This document shows positions 29,055 to 40,135 of a stretch of 64,000 nt of DNA, piece after piece. Position 1 is the first letter of the stretch. Each line of letters begins with the position of its first letter. The notes beneath the pieces were generated by a model that was given only the letters and a program-made list of their open reading frames with translations, had not been told where the DNA came from and searched no databases. Made by a program: the position numbers and the translations under genes. This DNA comes from an uncultured Candidatus Saccharibacteria bacterium. Lineage in GTDB: Bacteria; Patescibacteriota; Saccharimonadia; Saccharimonadales; 2-12-FULL-41-12. The stretch spans positions 6,083 through 70,082 of the forward strand of contig CAZYMH010000004.1 of NCBI GenBank assembly GCA_964648105.1, in the 5' to 3' direction.

Positions 29055-29446
29055 TATTTTTTCTCCTTTGCGACAGCTGGTTTAGTTGCTGGCTTCTTAG
29101 GCTGTCGAATTTCACCCGTAACAGATACAAAAATGTGGCTAGTTTTACGTTGAAAAGGCAATGCTCGTCCATGTGCTGCGGGGCGATATCGCTTTAGTCT
29201 TGGACCAGGAGTAACAATAATTTCAGAAATTACTAGAGTTTCTGGTTTAAAGTTAAAGTTATTATCAGCATTGGCTGCGGCACTTTGAATTACTTTACGA
29301 ACAGCTGTGGCTGAACGACGTGGTGTATTTTCGAGGATAGTAACAGCGTCCGAAACTGCACGTCCACGAACCAAAGCGGCAACTACACCAACTTTACGGG
29401 GACTCATTCGCACACCTTTAGCTGATGCTTTGATCGAATTATTCAT
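29054..29446 (-). CDS. rplV: Ribosomal protein L22
   Basis: 130 aa; conserved order. Confidence 0.95.
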   Translation of the reverse strand: MNNSIKASAKGVRMSPRKVGVVAALVRGRAVSDAVTILENTPRRSATAVRKVIQSAAANADNNFNFKPETLVISEIIVTPGPRLKRYRPAAHGRALPFQRKTSHIFVSVTGEIRQPKKPATKPAVAKEKK

Positions 29447-29721
29447 TATTTTTGACCTTTCGCCAGCTTACCACCATGGCTCCTAAACTTACGCGTAGGA
29501 CTAAATTCACCTAATTTATGACCAACCATATTTTCAGTTACAAAAACTGGTACATGAACTTTACCGTTGTGTACGGCAATCGTACGGCCGACAAATTCTG
29601 GTGCAATTGTACAGGCTCTAGCCCATGTTTTGATAATTGTACGGTCTTCTTTGCCCAGGGCTGCCACTTTTTTGGCTAGTTTTGGATCAACAAATGGACC
29701 TTTTTTCAAACTTCTACTCAT
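29446..29721 (-). CDS. rpsS: Ribosomal protein S19
   Basis: 91 aa; [12 protein letters not shown] start. Confidence 0.95.
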   Translation of the reverse strand: MSRSLKKGPFVDPKLAKKVAALGKEDRTIIKTWARACTIAPEFVGRTIAVHNGKVHVPVFVTENMVGHKLGEFSPTRKFRSHGGKLAKGQK

Positions 29722-30557
29722 TATTTCCTCTTCGCCTCATGACGACTTCTTACTATAAATTTATTACTACTCTTACGACGACGGGTTTTGTAACCTAAAG
29801 TTTTTTGGCCCCATGGTGTACGTGGGTCTTTACCCATACCGTGTCGACCACCGTCACCACCACCGTGTGGGTGGTCGGCTGCATTCATAACTACACCTCG
29901 TACCGTTGGTCGGATTCCTTTATTACGCTTTCGGCCAGCTTTACCAACCTTGACGTTTTGATGTTGTTCGTTACCGACTACACCTATGCTCGCTTTACAG
30001 TTTGCATTAATCATCCGAACTTCACCACTTGGTAATTTAACCTGGGCATAGTTTTCGTCTTTGGCCATTAACTGAGCTGATGAACCAGCTCCACGAACTA
30101 ATTGTCCACCACGACCTGGAGTCATTTCGACTGCATGAATTACACTACCAACAGGTATATCTTTTAATTTTAAGCGATTTCCATTTTCGATTGAGCTTTC
30201 ACTACCAACGCTAACTGTTTGACCTTGTTTCATGCCGTTTGTAGCAATAATATAGTGAAGTTTATTGTCTTGATCTTTGATTCTTGCAATTCGACTAGAA
30301 CGACCTGGATCATATTCGATGTGTTCAACAACCGCTTTGGTACCCTCAGCTAAATTGAAGTTTACGATTCTTATAAACCGTTTTGCACCACCACCACGAT
30401 GCCTAGTTGTAATTCGACCTTGATTATTACGGCCACTGTTTTGTTTGCGGATTTTTACTAAACTTTTAACTGGTTTTTTGGTAGTAATTGCATCGAAATC
30501 ATAAGATGTCATACCGCGACGCCCAGGAGTAGTAGGCTTATATTGTTTAATTGCCAT
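29721..30557 (-). CDS. rplB: Ribosomal protein L2
   Basis: 278 aa; [13 protein letters not shown] motif. Confidence 0.95.
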   Translation of the reverse strand: MAIKQYKPTTPGRRGMTSYDFDAITTKKPVKSLVKIRKQNSGRNNQGRITTRHRGGGAKRFIRIVNFNLAEGTKAVVEHIEYDPGRSSRIARIKDQDNKLHYIIATNGMKQGQTVSVGSESSIENGNRLKLKDIPVGSVIHAVEMTPGRGGQLVRGAGSSAQLMAKDENYAQVKLPSGEVRMINANCKASIGVVGNEQHQNVKVGKAGRKRNKGIRPTVRGVVMNAADHPHGGGDGGRHGMGKDPRTPWGQKTLGYKTRRRKSSNKFIVRSRHEAKRK

Positions 30558-31003
30558 TACTTATCTCCTTTCTTGTTTGTTCGGCCTAAAATGCCTCGCT
30601 TTTTAGGAACCCCAGCTAATTTAGTCTTTTTCTCTTCTTTAGCCATGGCTTTTTGAGCAGTTTCATTTAATTTTGCTTCTTTTTCGATTTGTTCATCGAT
30701 AGCTGCAAAAACAGGGATTGAGTCACCTTTGACTAAAGTAACATAAGCTTTTTTGATATTTTTACGTCGCCCAGAAACATTGGCTCGAGTTTTGGCACCG
30801 ATTCTAATTGAACGAGCCATTTTGCCTTTAGTAATCATCATTTTAACTTCGGCAACTGATACGCCAAACTGAATTTCGATGGCTTTTTTGACTTCGATTT
30901 TATTAGTGCTAAGTGGTACATCGAACACAAATACGTTACGTGTTTGGCTAAGAGCATAAGTTTTTTCACTTTGACGAGGTTTTAGTAGTAGTGTTTTAGT
31001 CAT
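30557..31003 (-). CDS. rplW: Ribosomal protein L23 with about 50-aa Lys/Glu-rich C-extension
   Basis: 148 aa; conserved order. Confidence 0.9.
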   Translation of the reverse strand: MTKTLLLKPRQSEKTYALSQTRNVFVFDVPLSTNKIEVKKAIEIQFGVSVAEVKMMITKGKMARSIRIGAKTRANVSGRRKNIKKAYVTLVKGDSIPVFAAIDEQIEKEAKLNETAQKAMAKEEKKTKLAGVPKKRGILGRTNKKGDK

Positions 31004-31665
31004 TATTTAGCTCCTTTTTCACTAGTTTTCACCTCAACTGCTAGCCAGTCAGAAATTTCACTCAAAGCTGATTTTTCGATCAAAATCGTATAAGCATTCA
31101 TAATGTCATAAACATTTAGGTATTTAGCTTGAACTAATTTTACAAATGAAATATTGCGAGTAGCTTTGTCTAGTTCCGATGTTTTATTGTCAACTACTAA
31201 CAAAACACCTCTGTTAGCCTTTAGTTTAGCCAATAAATTTGCGGCTGTTTTAGTCTTGGCATCTTTAACATCAAATGACTCAATCACGCTTATTTTACTA
31301 GCTTGATTAGCTAGCGAAAGAGCTTGTCGGAGAGCAACCCTTTTGGCTTTGAGTGGCATTTTTTTGGTGTAATTCTCGTTACCTGTTGGGCCAAAAGTAA
31401 TACCACCACCTCGCCAAATAGGTACTCTAGAACTACCAAATCGAGCTCGGCCAGTGCCTTTTTGCTTCCATGGTTTTTTACCACCACCACTAACTAACCC
31501 ACGAGTTTTAGTAACAGCTAAGTTTTTACGACCATTTGATAGATAAGCTACATAAGCATCTTTCAGTAACTGATGATTTTCAACCTTTACGTCAAAAATG
31601 TCTTTATCTAGTTTGACAGCAGTTGTTGCTTTTACGCCTGACTTTGTGAAAGTTTGAACACTCAT
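31003..31665 (-). CDS. rplD: Ribosomal protein L4
   Basis: 220 aa; KQKGTGRARFGS motif. Confidence 0.95.
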   Translation of the reverse strand: MSVQTFTKSGVKATTAVKLDKDIFDVKVENHQLLKDAYVAYLSNGRKNLAVTKTRGLVSGGGKKPWKQKGTGRARFGSSRVPIWRGGGITFGPTGNENYTKKMPLKAKRVALRQALSLANQASKISVIESFDVKDAKTKTAANLLAKLKANRGVLLVVDNKTSELDKATRNISFVKLVQAKYLNVYDIMNAYTILIEKSALSEISDWLAVEVKTSEKGAK

Positions 31666-32279
31666 TATTTAACTCCTTTCACAATCACAACACCTTTTCG
31701 TGGTCCTGGTACAGCTCCATAAACACCGATAACTTTAAGTTCAGTGTCAACAAGAGCAACTTTTAAATTTTTGACAGTCACCTGAGAAGCACCCATTTGT
31801 CCAGCCATTCTTTTGCCTTTGAAGATTCTTTGAGGATACATTGAGCCAATTGAACCGACTTTTCGAGTGTTACCTTTACCACCGTGGGTTTTTCGTTGAC
31901 GATGGAAGTTATGTCGTTTGATAGTACCTGCCCAGCCTTTACCCTTGCTAGTTGCAGTTACATCAACCATATCGCCGACACTAAAAAGATCGGCCGCAAA
32001 TTTGTCGCCGATCTTGGTGTCTTCTGGTAATTGGTCTACACGGACCTCATTTAGTTGTTTTAGGCTAGTTTTGGCGGCCTTTTGATGTCCGCTAGCAGAC
32101 TTTGATAACTTTTTAGCTTCAATTGAGCCAATTTGTAGTGCCATATATCCGTCGGTTTCAACGTTTTTGATTTGGGTCACTACATTATCACTAGCGGAAA
32201 GCAAAGTAATAGCATTCACACTACCGTCTTCAGCGATAGTCGAAGTCATGCCAACTTTTTGTGTTATAAGTGCTTTCAT
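31665..32279 (-). CDS. rplC: Ribosomal protein L3
   Basis: 204 aa; KGKGWAGTIKRHNF motif. Confidence 0.95.
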   Translation of the reverse strand: MKALITQKVGMTSTIAEDGSVNAITLLSASDNVVTQIKNVETDGYMALQIGSIEAKKLSKSASGHQKAAKTSLKQLNEVRVDQLPEDTKIGDKFAADLFSVGDMVDVTATSKGKGWAGTIKRHNFHRQRKTHGGKGNTRKVGSIGSMYPQRIFKGKRMAGQMGASQVTVKNLKVALVDTELKVIGVYGAVPGPRKGVVIVKGVK

Positions 32280-32452
32280 AGCAGATTAACCTCATAATTT
32301 ATTACTTAAGATTAGTTCGTTTTGCAATCACTTATATGAATAGTGTTAGCAATAAAAACGCTTGGTAGCTAGTGGTTTCTACCCCTGTTCTTTTTGAACA
32401 ATTTGTAGACCTTCCGAACATACCAAGTTTAAGTATATTGATATATGTTAAC

Positions 32453-32482
32453 ATCTTAGCACAACAAACTAACACCTGTCAA
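32453..32482 (-). promoter_or_regulatory. Promoter for rplC and downstream genes: TTGACA-N18-TAAGAT with TGC extended -10
   Basis: -35 at 32477-32482, -10 at 32453-32458 (minus strand); compensates for the loss of rpsJ linkage. Confidence 0.5.
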
Positions 32483-32506
32483 TACGTTGTGCATAATACT
32501 ATAAGT

Positions 32507-32854
32507 TTATATACTATAATCTTCTAGTTGATTAGGATTCTCAGCTGGTGATTGATTAGATAAGTGGTGTGTTGTTGGGGCGTCGTATTCTTGTCTTTGT
32601 GCATTTTCAACCAAACTCGAACCCAATATCAATGCTCCCGCAAAAAATCCTACGAATACTGTAGCATCCAAGTCCGATGTGCCGTCGTTCTCGCCTAAAA
32701 TATCTCGACACTCTTTTACAGGTTTATTTAATTCACCGACGCATTCCATCATACGATCATTGTAAGAATTTTGTGAACGACTTGACATAAATGTTGCTCC
32801 GCCAGCTACCGCAAAGCATAATGCAGATGCAGCAAATTTTCTAGATATTGGCAT
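32507..32854 (-). CDS. Hypothetical small membrane/secreted protein
   Basis: 115 aa; N-terminal signal/TM and one internal TM; no recognisable family. Confidence 0.45.
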   Translation of the reverse strand: MPISRKFAASALCFAVAGGATFMSSRSQNSYNDRMMECVGELNKPVKECRDILGENDGTSDLDATVFVGFFAGALILGSSLVENAQRQEYDAPTTHHLSNQSPAENPNQLEDYSI

Positions 32855-32985
32855 GTTTTCTCCTTTGATTAACTAAATAATGAGTATAATATGTTTTATT
32901 AATTGATTCTACTATTGTTTATTATTATCGATAAATCGCATATTTTTACATTCCTAGCTAAAAGTACTATAAAATAGCTTTAAAT

Positions 32986-33960
32986 ATGAATGAAGAAATG
33001 TCTGAATTTGAATCAAAGGTATTTGAGCATTACGCAAAAGTGGCTAGTACCGAAGCAGCCGACAAAGCCTCCAAAAATTTAGGCTATGCTCGCATCCCTG
33101 TTAATTGGTTGCTTAATCGGGTCCTAAAGACCGACCTCGAGTTAACCCCAAATATCTCAACCGACGATCCACGTTTACTACGAAACGGTTACGTGGCTAC
33201 GTCGACAAATGACAGCAATATCAATTCAGCAACTCATCACTATGCCAAAAGTGTTCCTAATTATTCATGCCTAACTGAGCAATTAGCCAATTTTTTCGAT
33301 AAAAATAACCTTTCTTCTCATGACAAAAAAGTTATTATTTCACCACACCTGAAGGGAATGTGTGATTTAGCCCTGATTGGAAGTTTAGCAGTTTCTGCGA
33401 AGGTCGCCCGCCCGTCTACAAATCATTTTTTATTAGGTAAATTAATCTCCCACTTATCTATCAGGGGAAAGCAAATTGCCTTCAATCAAGTTCGTGACCT
33501 CGGCAATATTACCCAAATTATTCCTCACACCCAAAGTACCGAGCGATTGTTCGAAAGTTATCCTAGCGAGTGTAGTGCATACAATTTTCAAGCCATGAAA
33601 TACTTTTTTGAGGGGGCCAAACAAGATGATGCAACATTATTTATCACTCCTAATGGTCGTCGCACTCAAAAAACCAAAAAAGGATTAGTAATCCCTGAAA
33701 TACCACAAGCGATAATTGGTTTGTTGCAAAGATTTAGTGCTAAGGATATGCCAATAATTGCCTGCACGCTTGATTCGGGCGACATAACAACGGGACTGGC
33801 TAGTGCAGCCCTGCCTGGCAGATTGGCTCGTTTGGTCGGCAAATCTGTAAAACTTGATATCAAATTGCTCGACAAAGTCGATGAGCAGACATTAGCGGAT
33901 ACATTTATTGAATCTGGTTCTGTGGTAACTGGTCAAAAAGTTAGTTATATCAATGATTAA
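32986..33960 (+). CDS. Hypothetical 324-aa protein (very weak acyltransferase-like motifs)
   Basis: Long ORF on opposite strand; SPHLKGMCD and ITPNGRRT faintly recall the H-x4-D and FPEGTR blocks but the spacing is off. Confidence 0.4.
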   Translation: MNEEMSEFESKVFEHYAKVASTEAADKASKNLGYARIPVNWLLNRVLKTDLELTPNISTDDPRLLRNGYVATSTNDSNINSATHHYAKSVPNYSCLTEQLANFFDKNNLSSHDKKVIISPHLKGMCDLALIGSLAVSAKVARPSTNHFLLGKLISHLSIRGKQIAFNQVRDLGNITQIIPHTQSTERLFESYPSECSAYNFQAMKYFFEGAKQDDATLFITPNGRRTQKTKKGLVIPEIPQAIIGLLQRFSAKDMPIIACTLDSGDITTGLASAALPGRLARLVGKSVKLDIKLLDKVDEQTLADTFIESGSVVTGQKVSYIND

Positions 33961-34247
33961 CCGATGTTAATATATAAGCCAATTGGCAGCCAAAATGAGA
34001 TAAACATAGCGACTAACGTAATCGCCAGCTCAATTTTGCGGTCAATTTGAAAGTGATCATGCAAGGCATAGATAACAGCGATTAATCCACCTATGGGCAA
34101 CGGAATCTCCAGTCCTGAATTGGTTTGGATTCTCAGCCACATACTAGCAAAAATCATATACATAACAATCTTTAAAAAGTAAGTGCTATCAGACTGATTT
34201 GCTTGAATATTATTTTTGCGTGATTTTTTTGTTTTTGCTTTTGCCAT
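33957..34247 (-). CDS. Hypothetical 3-TM small membrane protein
   Basis: 96 aa; basic N-terminus followed by hydrophobic helices. Confidence 0.4.
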   Translation of the reverse strand: MAKAKTKKSRKNNIQANQSDSTYFLKIVMYMIFASMWLRIQTNSGLEIPLPIGGLIAVIYALHDHFQIDRKIELAITLVAMFISFWLPIGLYINIG

Positions 34248-34290
34248 AAATATATTTAAGCATAAGCGATCTAAATATCAATAATTATAC

Positions 34291-34845
34291 TTACTGGACA
34301 CCAGGTACGATCTGAGAATTGGCCTTCTTTTGATAATAAATAAACGAGGCAATTTGATTCTCTTTCTTGTTGTCTTGCCAATAAATTGTGTTTTTGAAGG
34401 TCACCATAAAGCTGACTGGTTTTCGTAATTGATTAGGAGGTAGATTAAGTGATTTGGTAATATCTTGATAATTTTCGGATTTAGTACTAAAAATAACTTT
34501 AGTTGTCGTAGGAACGCCATCGGCTCCGATAGGTGTTACGACTGCACTAGTTTGGCGGTTTAGAACTTTTTCACAGTTAGGTGTTATATCATAAGCCGAT
34601 AAAGTAGCTTCGACGTTCGAACTATTTGAGCGAGTAAACTGGATAGTATCTGGCAATGAAGCATCAAATACTTGAGTTCGACATTGAGCCTTCAAAACGG
34701 GCGAAATTTCTTTTAAGGGGGCTTCCGCTACTGCATTACCACCCGAGAAAGCCACCACACCTAAACTTAGACCTACCTGGGCAATATTACGCCAGTTAAC
34801 TTCTGACGAGGAATGATCTAATTTATTTAATCCGATTGTTTCCAT
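34291..34845 (-). CDS. Hypothetical secreted/anchored protein
   Basis: 184 aa; TM/signal at residues about 20-40, then Ser/Thr/Asn-rich beta-type sequence with 2 Cys. Confidence 0.45.
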   Translation of the reverse strand: METIGLNKLDHSSSEVNWRNIAQVGLSLGVVAFSGGNAVAEAPLKEISPVLKAQCRTQVFDASLPDTIQFTRSNSSNVEATLSAYDITPNCEKVLNRQTSAVVTPIGADGVPTTTKVIFSTKSENYQDITKSLNLPPNQLRKPVSFMVTFKNTIYWQDNKKENQIASFIYYQKKANSQIVPGVQ

Positions 34846-34870
34846 GACATAAATGAATTAATATAATTAC

Positions 34871-34899
34871 ATTATACACTTATTGTCAATACTTGTCAA
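34871..34899 (-). promoter_or_regulatory. Perfect consensus promoter TTGACA-N17-TATAAT
   Basis: -35 at 34894-34899, -10 at 34871-34876 (minus strand), immediately after the rpsJ stop and 25 nt before the 184-aa ORF. Confidence 0.6.
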
Positions 34900-34915
34900 G
34901 CTTAAAGGGGGTTTG

Positions 34916-35263
34916 CTACATCTTGATTTCGGCGTCACAGCCAGCAGGTAGCGATAGATTCATCAAACTATCAATAGTTTTTGGAGTCGGTTCGACGACA
35001 TCTATCAGCCGTTTGTGGACTCTCATCTCGAATTGTTCACGACCTTTTTTGTAGACATGAGGGCTTTTAACAACTGTAAAAGTGCTACGTCGTGTCGGCA
35101 AAGGTACTGGACCAGCAATTTTGGCTCCAGTTCTAATAGCAGTATTTACAATCTGTTTTGCCGATTGGTCGATTAATTTGTGGTCATAAGCTTTTAAGCG
35201 AATCCGAATTCGCTGTTTGCCATCACTAGTTGGGGTTTTTGGAGTTTTTTTGGCGGCTGCCAT
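34916..35263 (-). CDS. rpsJ: Ribosomal protein S10
   Basis: [19 protein letters not shown] core. ORF extends to 35317, but the ATG at 35263 has an AAAGGAA SD and gives 115 aa. Confidence 0.9.
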   Translation of the reverse strand: MAAAKKTPKTPTSDGKQRIRIRLKAYDHKLIDQSAKQIVNTAIRTGAKIAGPVPLPTRRSTFTVVKSPHVYKKGREQFEMRVHKRLIDVVEPTPKTIDSLMNLSLPAGCDAEIKM

Positions 35264-35355
35264 ATCAGGTGTTGTTCCTTTCATTTGTCCGAGCTGTAAC
35301 ATTATTTTGTTTTTCAAAAATAACTTTTAATCAGCAAGTGGTTATTAATTTGAAT

Positions 35356-35384
35356 ATTATACCAAATATTTACAGATTGCACAA
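35356..35384 (-). promoter_or_regulatory. Promoter for rpsJ: TTGTGC-N17-TATAAT with TGG extended -10
   Basis: -35 at 35379-35384, -10 at 35356-35361 (minus strand). Confidence 0.5.
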
Positions 35385-35394
35385 ACATTGTCGT

Positions 35395-36417
35395 TTACAT
35401 ATACCGCTGCAAACGTTCTAGTATCTTGGCTTTCTTGACTTGGTGTTTTTCGAAAAGATTAGGCCTTTCTTTTTGTAACTTCTTATCACCATAGCGACTC
35501 CTCCGAAATACCCGAAAACCTGCCGATAGGTGAGAATGTTTTTTCTCAAGTTCCTGGTAGTTATAAATATTACACGCCCGAACGACCGACCCAGCAAAAC
35601 TAGTTGCCCGCTGACCCCTGGGCATTGATGGATCATAATAAGTTTTAAAATTACCCAAGTCATCAATTCCTGATACCAATATAACTCCACCGTTTATGTC
35701 TTTATATTTTTCAACATCTTTTTCGTGAGGGTTAGCCTTTACCTGGACACCGACTACTCTGTTGGAGGCTTGGTCAATTACCAAAAAGTCAGACTTATGT
35801 TCACCGTATTTTTCGAACATCGGTGGAGCAGTAAACAACCACCAACCTTGTTGGATACAAATATCACTTAGCACCAAAGCCGCATCTATTTCAGTCAGTA
35901 AACCCTCAAAATTAGAAAAAGTCCGCTTACCATTTTGATTTGTGGCTTTGATATAATCTAGTTCCGACCCATTGAAGTTATTTTTGATTACCATCGCCCT
36001 TCGCCATTCAACTCCAGCTCCACTCATGGCTAGACAAGCCAATGAGTCAAATACGCTGTAGTCGCTCGGTGGTCGATTTTCGGCATTTCGCTGGGACCAG
36101 TGAGCATCACCTAATACCGACATCATGGCTAAACTTAGCACATTAAATGACGGGTTATTCAGCGGTTTACCATTATTATCTGATATATCACCAGATATAT
36201 ATTTAAGATATGTTCGTCGGTCGAACGAACTATTCAGGATTCTATCCCAGACTTTTTTGGGCTGTTGTTGCACAAAATCGCTAATTCCAGCGTGGTTAAC
36301 TCCTAACATACCAACAATTACTGCTGTCGACGATAGTTCCAACGAACTTCGAATACTATCTGACCCGAACTCGGGACAATAGGCGATTTGCTTATCGATA
36401 AATTCTGAACTTTTCAT
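35395..36417 (-). CDS. Orphan 340-aa cytoplasmic protein (weak PD-(D/E)xK-like motif)
   Basis: Uninterrupted ORF between tuf and rpsJ; TEIDAALVLSD...DFLVIDQASNRVVGVQVK loosely resembles a nuclease core. Confidence 0.45.
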   Translation of the reverse strand: MKSSEFIDKQIAYCPEFGSDSIRSSLELSSTAVIVGMLGVNHAGISDFVQQQPKKVWDRILNSSFDRRTYLKYISGDISDNNGKPLNNPSFNVLSLAMMSVLGDAHWSQRNAENRPPSDYSVFDSLACLAMSGAGVEWRRAMVIKNNFNGSELDYIKATNQNGKRTFSNFEGLLTEIDAALVLSDICIQQGWWLFTAPPMFEKYGEHKSDFLVIDQASNRVVGVQVKANPHEKDVEKYKDINGGVILVSGIDDLGNFKTYYDPSMPRGQRATSFAGSVVRACNIYNYQELEKKHSHLSAGFRVFRRSRYGDKKLQKERPNLFEKHQVKKAKILERLQRYM

Positions 36418-36476
36418 TTGATAGTCTTATTTCTTGATAGTTGATTATTATTCAAAATGCCTATGGTCTAATAAAT

Positions 36477-36504
36477 GCAAAACCCTGATTTAGAAAAATC
36501 AGGG
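36477..36504 (-). terminator. Rho-independent terminator after tuf
   Basis: Minus strand CCCUGAUUU-UUCU-AAAUCAGGG then UUUUG. Confidence 0.6.
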
Positions 36505-36532
36505 AATCTGCATATTAAATTTAAAAGTTTAA

Positions 36533-37717
36533 TTATTTGTTGATTTTGGTAACTACACCTGCACCAACAGTTCGGCCACCTTCACGAATCGCAAAACGCA
36601 AGCCTTGTTCCATAGCAATTGGAGCTTGTAATTTAACGGTGAAAGTAACTGTATCTCCTGGCATAACCATTTCTTTGTCAGCAGGTAACTCAACTTCACC
36701 AGTTACGTCAGTAGTACGGAAGTAAAACTGAGGTTTGTAACCCTTGAAAAATGGTGTATGACGACCGCCCTCTTCTTTGGTAAGAATATAGACTTCTGAC
36801 TCAAATTCGGTATGAGGAGTGATCGAACCTGGCTTAGCAATAACTTGGCCTCGTTCAATATCATCACGCTCAACACCACGTAGCAAAATACCTGCATTGT
36901 CACCAGCTTGACCTTGATCGAGATTTTTCTTGAAAGCCTCGATTCCTGTAACAACTGATTTACGTGGCTCACGGATACCAACAATTTCGACTTCGTCGTT
37001 GATTTTGACAATTCCTTGCTCGATACGACCAGTGGCCACTGTACCACGACCTTTGATCGAGAAAACATCTTCGATAGGCATTAAGAATGGCTTATCAAGC
37101 TCACGCTTTGGCTCCGGAATGAAATCATCCATAGCTTTGACTAGTTCCATAATGGCGTCTTCGCTAGCGGCGTCGCCTTCTAATGCTTTAGTAGCTGAAC
37201 CTTTAATGATTGGAGCATCTTCGTCAAAACCATTTTTTGCTAACAGTTCACGAATATCCATCTCAACTAGTTCGACTAGCTCTGGATCAGCTAGGTCCAT
37301 TTTGTTCATAAATACAAGGATTTTTGGCACACCTACCTGACGAGCTAACAAAACGTGTTCACGAGTTTGTGGCAAAGGTCCATCATTTGCACCAACTACC
37401 AAAATTGCACCGTCGATCTGGGCAGCACCAGTGATCATGTTTTTGACATAATCGGCGTGTCCTGGCATATCAACGTGAGCGTAGTGTCGCTTTTCGCTCT
37501 CGTACTCTTGGTGAGAAGTAGCGATAGTAATACCACGAGCCTTTTCTTCTGGGGCGTTGTCGATATCTTCGTAATTTTTAGGTTGGTTTACAGCACTTGG
37601 AAGTTTCTTTGCAAGTACGTGAGTGATAGCAGCCGTCAACGTAGTTTTACCGTGGTCAACGTGACCCATAGTACCGACGTTTACGTGTGGCTTGCTTCTG
37701 TCAAATTGATCAGCCAT
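36533..37717 (-). CDS. tuf: Elongation factor Tu
   Basis: 394 aa; [22 protein letters not shown] motifs. Confidence 0.97.
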   Translation of the reverse strand: MADQFDRSKPHVNVGTMGHVDHGKTTLTAAITHVLAKKLPSAVNQPKNYEDIDNAPEEKARGITIATSHQEYESEKRHYAHVDMPGHADYVKNMITGAAQIDGAILVVGANDGPLPQTREHVLLARQVGVPKILVFMNKMDLADPELVELVEMDIRELLAKNGFDEDAPIIKGSATKALEGDAASEDAIMELVKAMDDFIPEPKRELDKPFLMPIEDVFSIKGRGTVATGRIEQGIVKINDEVEIVGIREPRKSVVTGIEAFKKNLDQGQAGDNAGILLRGVERDDIERGQVIAKPGSITPHTEFESEVYILTKEEGGRHTPFFKGYKPQFYFRTTDVTGEVELPADKEMVMPGDTVTFTVKLQAPIAMEQGLRFAIREGGRTVGAGVVTKINK

Positions 37718-37915
37718 TATTTAGCTCCTTAAATAATTATTATTGTTATTAATATATGCGTAGCTTAGCCAAACCGAAAAAGCACACATACGTATGGAAG
37801 ATATATTAACCTAACTGAGCAGTGTTTGTAAAGAGATAAAATGTGGTAGATTCACACGTCTCAAATAACGATTTAAATGATATACTATTAGATAAGAGAA
37901 AAAAATGGGAGAAAA

Positions 37916-40120
37916 ATGAGTTTACTAGAAGCTGGTCAAAATTTGGTAGTTATATCTAATCGTCTGCCAATAAGCGTCTCAAAAGACGAAAACGGCAAAT
38001 TACAGTTCTCGAGTAGCAGTGGTGGTTTGGCAACCGCTATGTCGTCATTAGACATAAATAAAGCTAATTTTAAATGGATTGGCTGGCCTGGAATTGCCAG
38101 CGAAGATTTAACCTCTGACGACATACAGCAGATCGATACTGTGCTAGCTAAACATAATTTTTACCCAGTTTATCTTAATCAAACCCAAGTTGATAATTTT
38201 TATTCGGGTTATGCTAATGACACTATTTGGCCACTGTTTCATTACTTTCAATCATTCGTAAACAATAGCCCAAAATACTGGGAAGCCTACAAAGATGTTA
38301 ACGAAGCCTATGCTAAAGCGGTTATAACTAACATCGATGTTAACTCGTATGTTTGGATCCATGATTATCATCTGATGCTATTGCCTCAAAAATTACGAGC
38401 CTTGTTGCCGAGGCTAGCGATTGGTTTCTTCTTGCATATTCCGTTTCCGTCATACGAAATTATTCGCCAACTGCCTAATCGTCGAGAGATTTTGGAGGGT
38501 TTGATGGGCAGTGATTTGGTCGGTTTCCATATATATGATTATGTTCGACACTTCTTAAGTAGCAGCAAACGGATATTATCTAGTGAAGTACTTGGTTCTT
38601 CGATCAATAATTATGGGCGAAATATATCGGCCGACAGCTTTCCAATCGGAATTGATTACAAAAAATTTGAAGACACGGCAAATTCTAAAGCTGTAAGTAA
38701 ACGCTCCAAAGAAATCGGCAAAATCTACAGAAACCAAAAAATTATACTGTCAGTTGACCGATTAGATTATTCTAAAGGAATTTTGAAACGCCTCGAGGCA
38801 TTTGAATTATTCTTAAAAGAACACCCTCATCAACATGGCAAAGTCAGCTTGATCGTGATTGCCGTACCATCTCGAACCGATGTTGAGACATACCAACAAC
38901 TCCGTGATCAAGTCGAGCAAGCTGTCAGTCGAATTAATGGTCAATACGCCAATGTCGAGTGGAATCCGATTTCTTACCAGTTCAAGAATCTTCAGTTTGA
39001 AGAATTAGTGGCCTTATATCGAATTTCAGATATAGCTTTGGTGACACCAATTCGCGATGGCATGAACTTAGTTGCTAAAGAGTTCGTTGCTTGTCGCATA
39101 GATAATAATGGGGTGCTAATTTTGAGCGAAATGGCTGGAGCGATTGATGAACTTCATGAGTCAATCAAGGTAAACCCTAATGATATTCGGAGCATGGTCA
39201 CAGCCATCGAAAATGGTCTGTCAATGTCCGAAAAAGAACAAAAAGTTCGGATAAAGCTAATGAAACAACGTATTTCTGAGTATACAGTACAGAGGTGGGC
39301 CGAAGATTTTATTGAGCAACTTCGTAATATTAAACAAACTCAAGCCACCCAATATAGCAAAATATTAACCAAAAAAGACGAATTAAAACTGTACGAAGAT
39401 TACACTCGTTCCAAAAAACGGTTAATTTTGCTTGATTACGATGGAACACTGCGTGATTTTGTGTCAACCCAAAAAATTTATGATCCAGAACCATCTAATG
39501 AGCTAAAAAGTATATTGCGGAAACTTTCGAACGACCCCAAAAATACCGTATATATTATCAGTGGTCGGCCAGCTGACACCTTAGAAAAATGGTTTGGCAA
39601 ATACAAAGTTAACTTGGCTGGCGAGCATGGGGCCTCGGTAAAAGTCGACGGCAAGTGGCACTACAGCGAACATAATTTTGATGATAAACGTAAGAAAATT
39701 CTCGATTTGTTAACCAAATACACTCTGCGAACCCCTGGCTCTTATGTCGAAGATAAAAACTCCTCAATTGTTTGGCATTACCGAACTGTGCCAGAGCAGT
39801 TAGCCTTTGTTCGCCGCGAAGGACTAATGAATGAACTCAACCAGATATTAGTCGATACTCAGTTGGAAGCGTGTTTGGGAAGTAAAATAGTCGAGATCAA
39901 AACAAAAACTGTTGGTAAAGATATTTTGGTAGCCAATACAATCAAAAAGCTTAAACCTAGTTTAATCTTGGCGATAGGTGATGATTACACTGACGAAGAT
40001 ATGTTTAAAGTAATTGGTAAGGGTCAATACACTATCAAAGTCGGTCGCGATCAAACAGCCGCCAATTACCGAATTCGATCAGTACGACATGTCCACGAAC
40101 TGCTTAGAAAACTGATTTAA
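37916..40120 (+). CDS. Bifunctional trehalose-6-phosphate synthase / phosphatase (OtsA-OtsB fusion)
   Basis: 734 aa; GT20 N-domain ([15 protein letters not shown]) and HAD C-domain ([18 protein letters not shown]). Confidence 0.85.
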   Translation: MSLLEAGQNLVVISNRLPISVSKDENGKLQFSSSSGGLATAMSSLDINKANFKWIGWPGIASEDLTSDDIQQIDTVLAKHNFYPVYLNQTQVDNFYSGYANDTIWPLFHYFQSFVNNSPKYWEAYKDVNEAYAKAVITNIDVNSYVWIHDYHLMLLPQKLRALLPRLAIGFFLHIPFPSYEIIRQLPNRREILEGLMGSDLVGFHIYDYVRHFLSSSKRILSSEVLGSSINNYGRNISADSFPIGIDYKKFEDTANSKAVSKRSKEIGKIYRNQKIILSVDRLDYSKGILKRLEAFELFLKEHPHQHGKVSLIVIAVPSRTDVETYQQLRDQVEQAVSRINGQYANVEWNPISYQFKNLQFEELVALYRISDIALVTPIRDGMNLVAKEFVACRIDNNGVLILSEMAGAIDELHESIKVNPNDIRSMVTAIENGLSMSEKEQKVRIKLMKQRISEYTVQRWAEDFIEQLRNIKQTQATQYSKILTKKDELKLYEDYTRSKKRLILLDYDGTLRDFVSTQKIYDPEPSNELKSILRKLSNDPKNTVYIISGRPADTLEKWFGKYKVNLAGEHGASVKVDGKWHYSEHNFDDKRKKILDLLTKYTLRTPGSYVEDKNSSIVWHYRTVPEQLAFVRREGLMNELNQILVDTQLEACLGSKIVEIKTKTVGKDILVANTIKKLKPSLILAIGDDYTDEDMFKVIGKGQYTIKVGRDQTAANYRIRSVRHVHELLRKLI

Positions 40121-40135
40121 AATTACATTAACTAA

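Noticed and set aside
35418-35690. 90-aa alternative-frame ORF within the 340-aa orphan gene
   Set aside because: It is nested on the same strand inside the longer ORF, with no separate ribosome-binding site.
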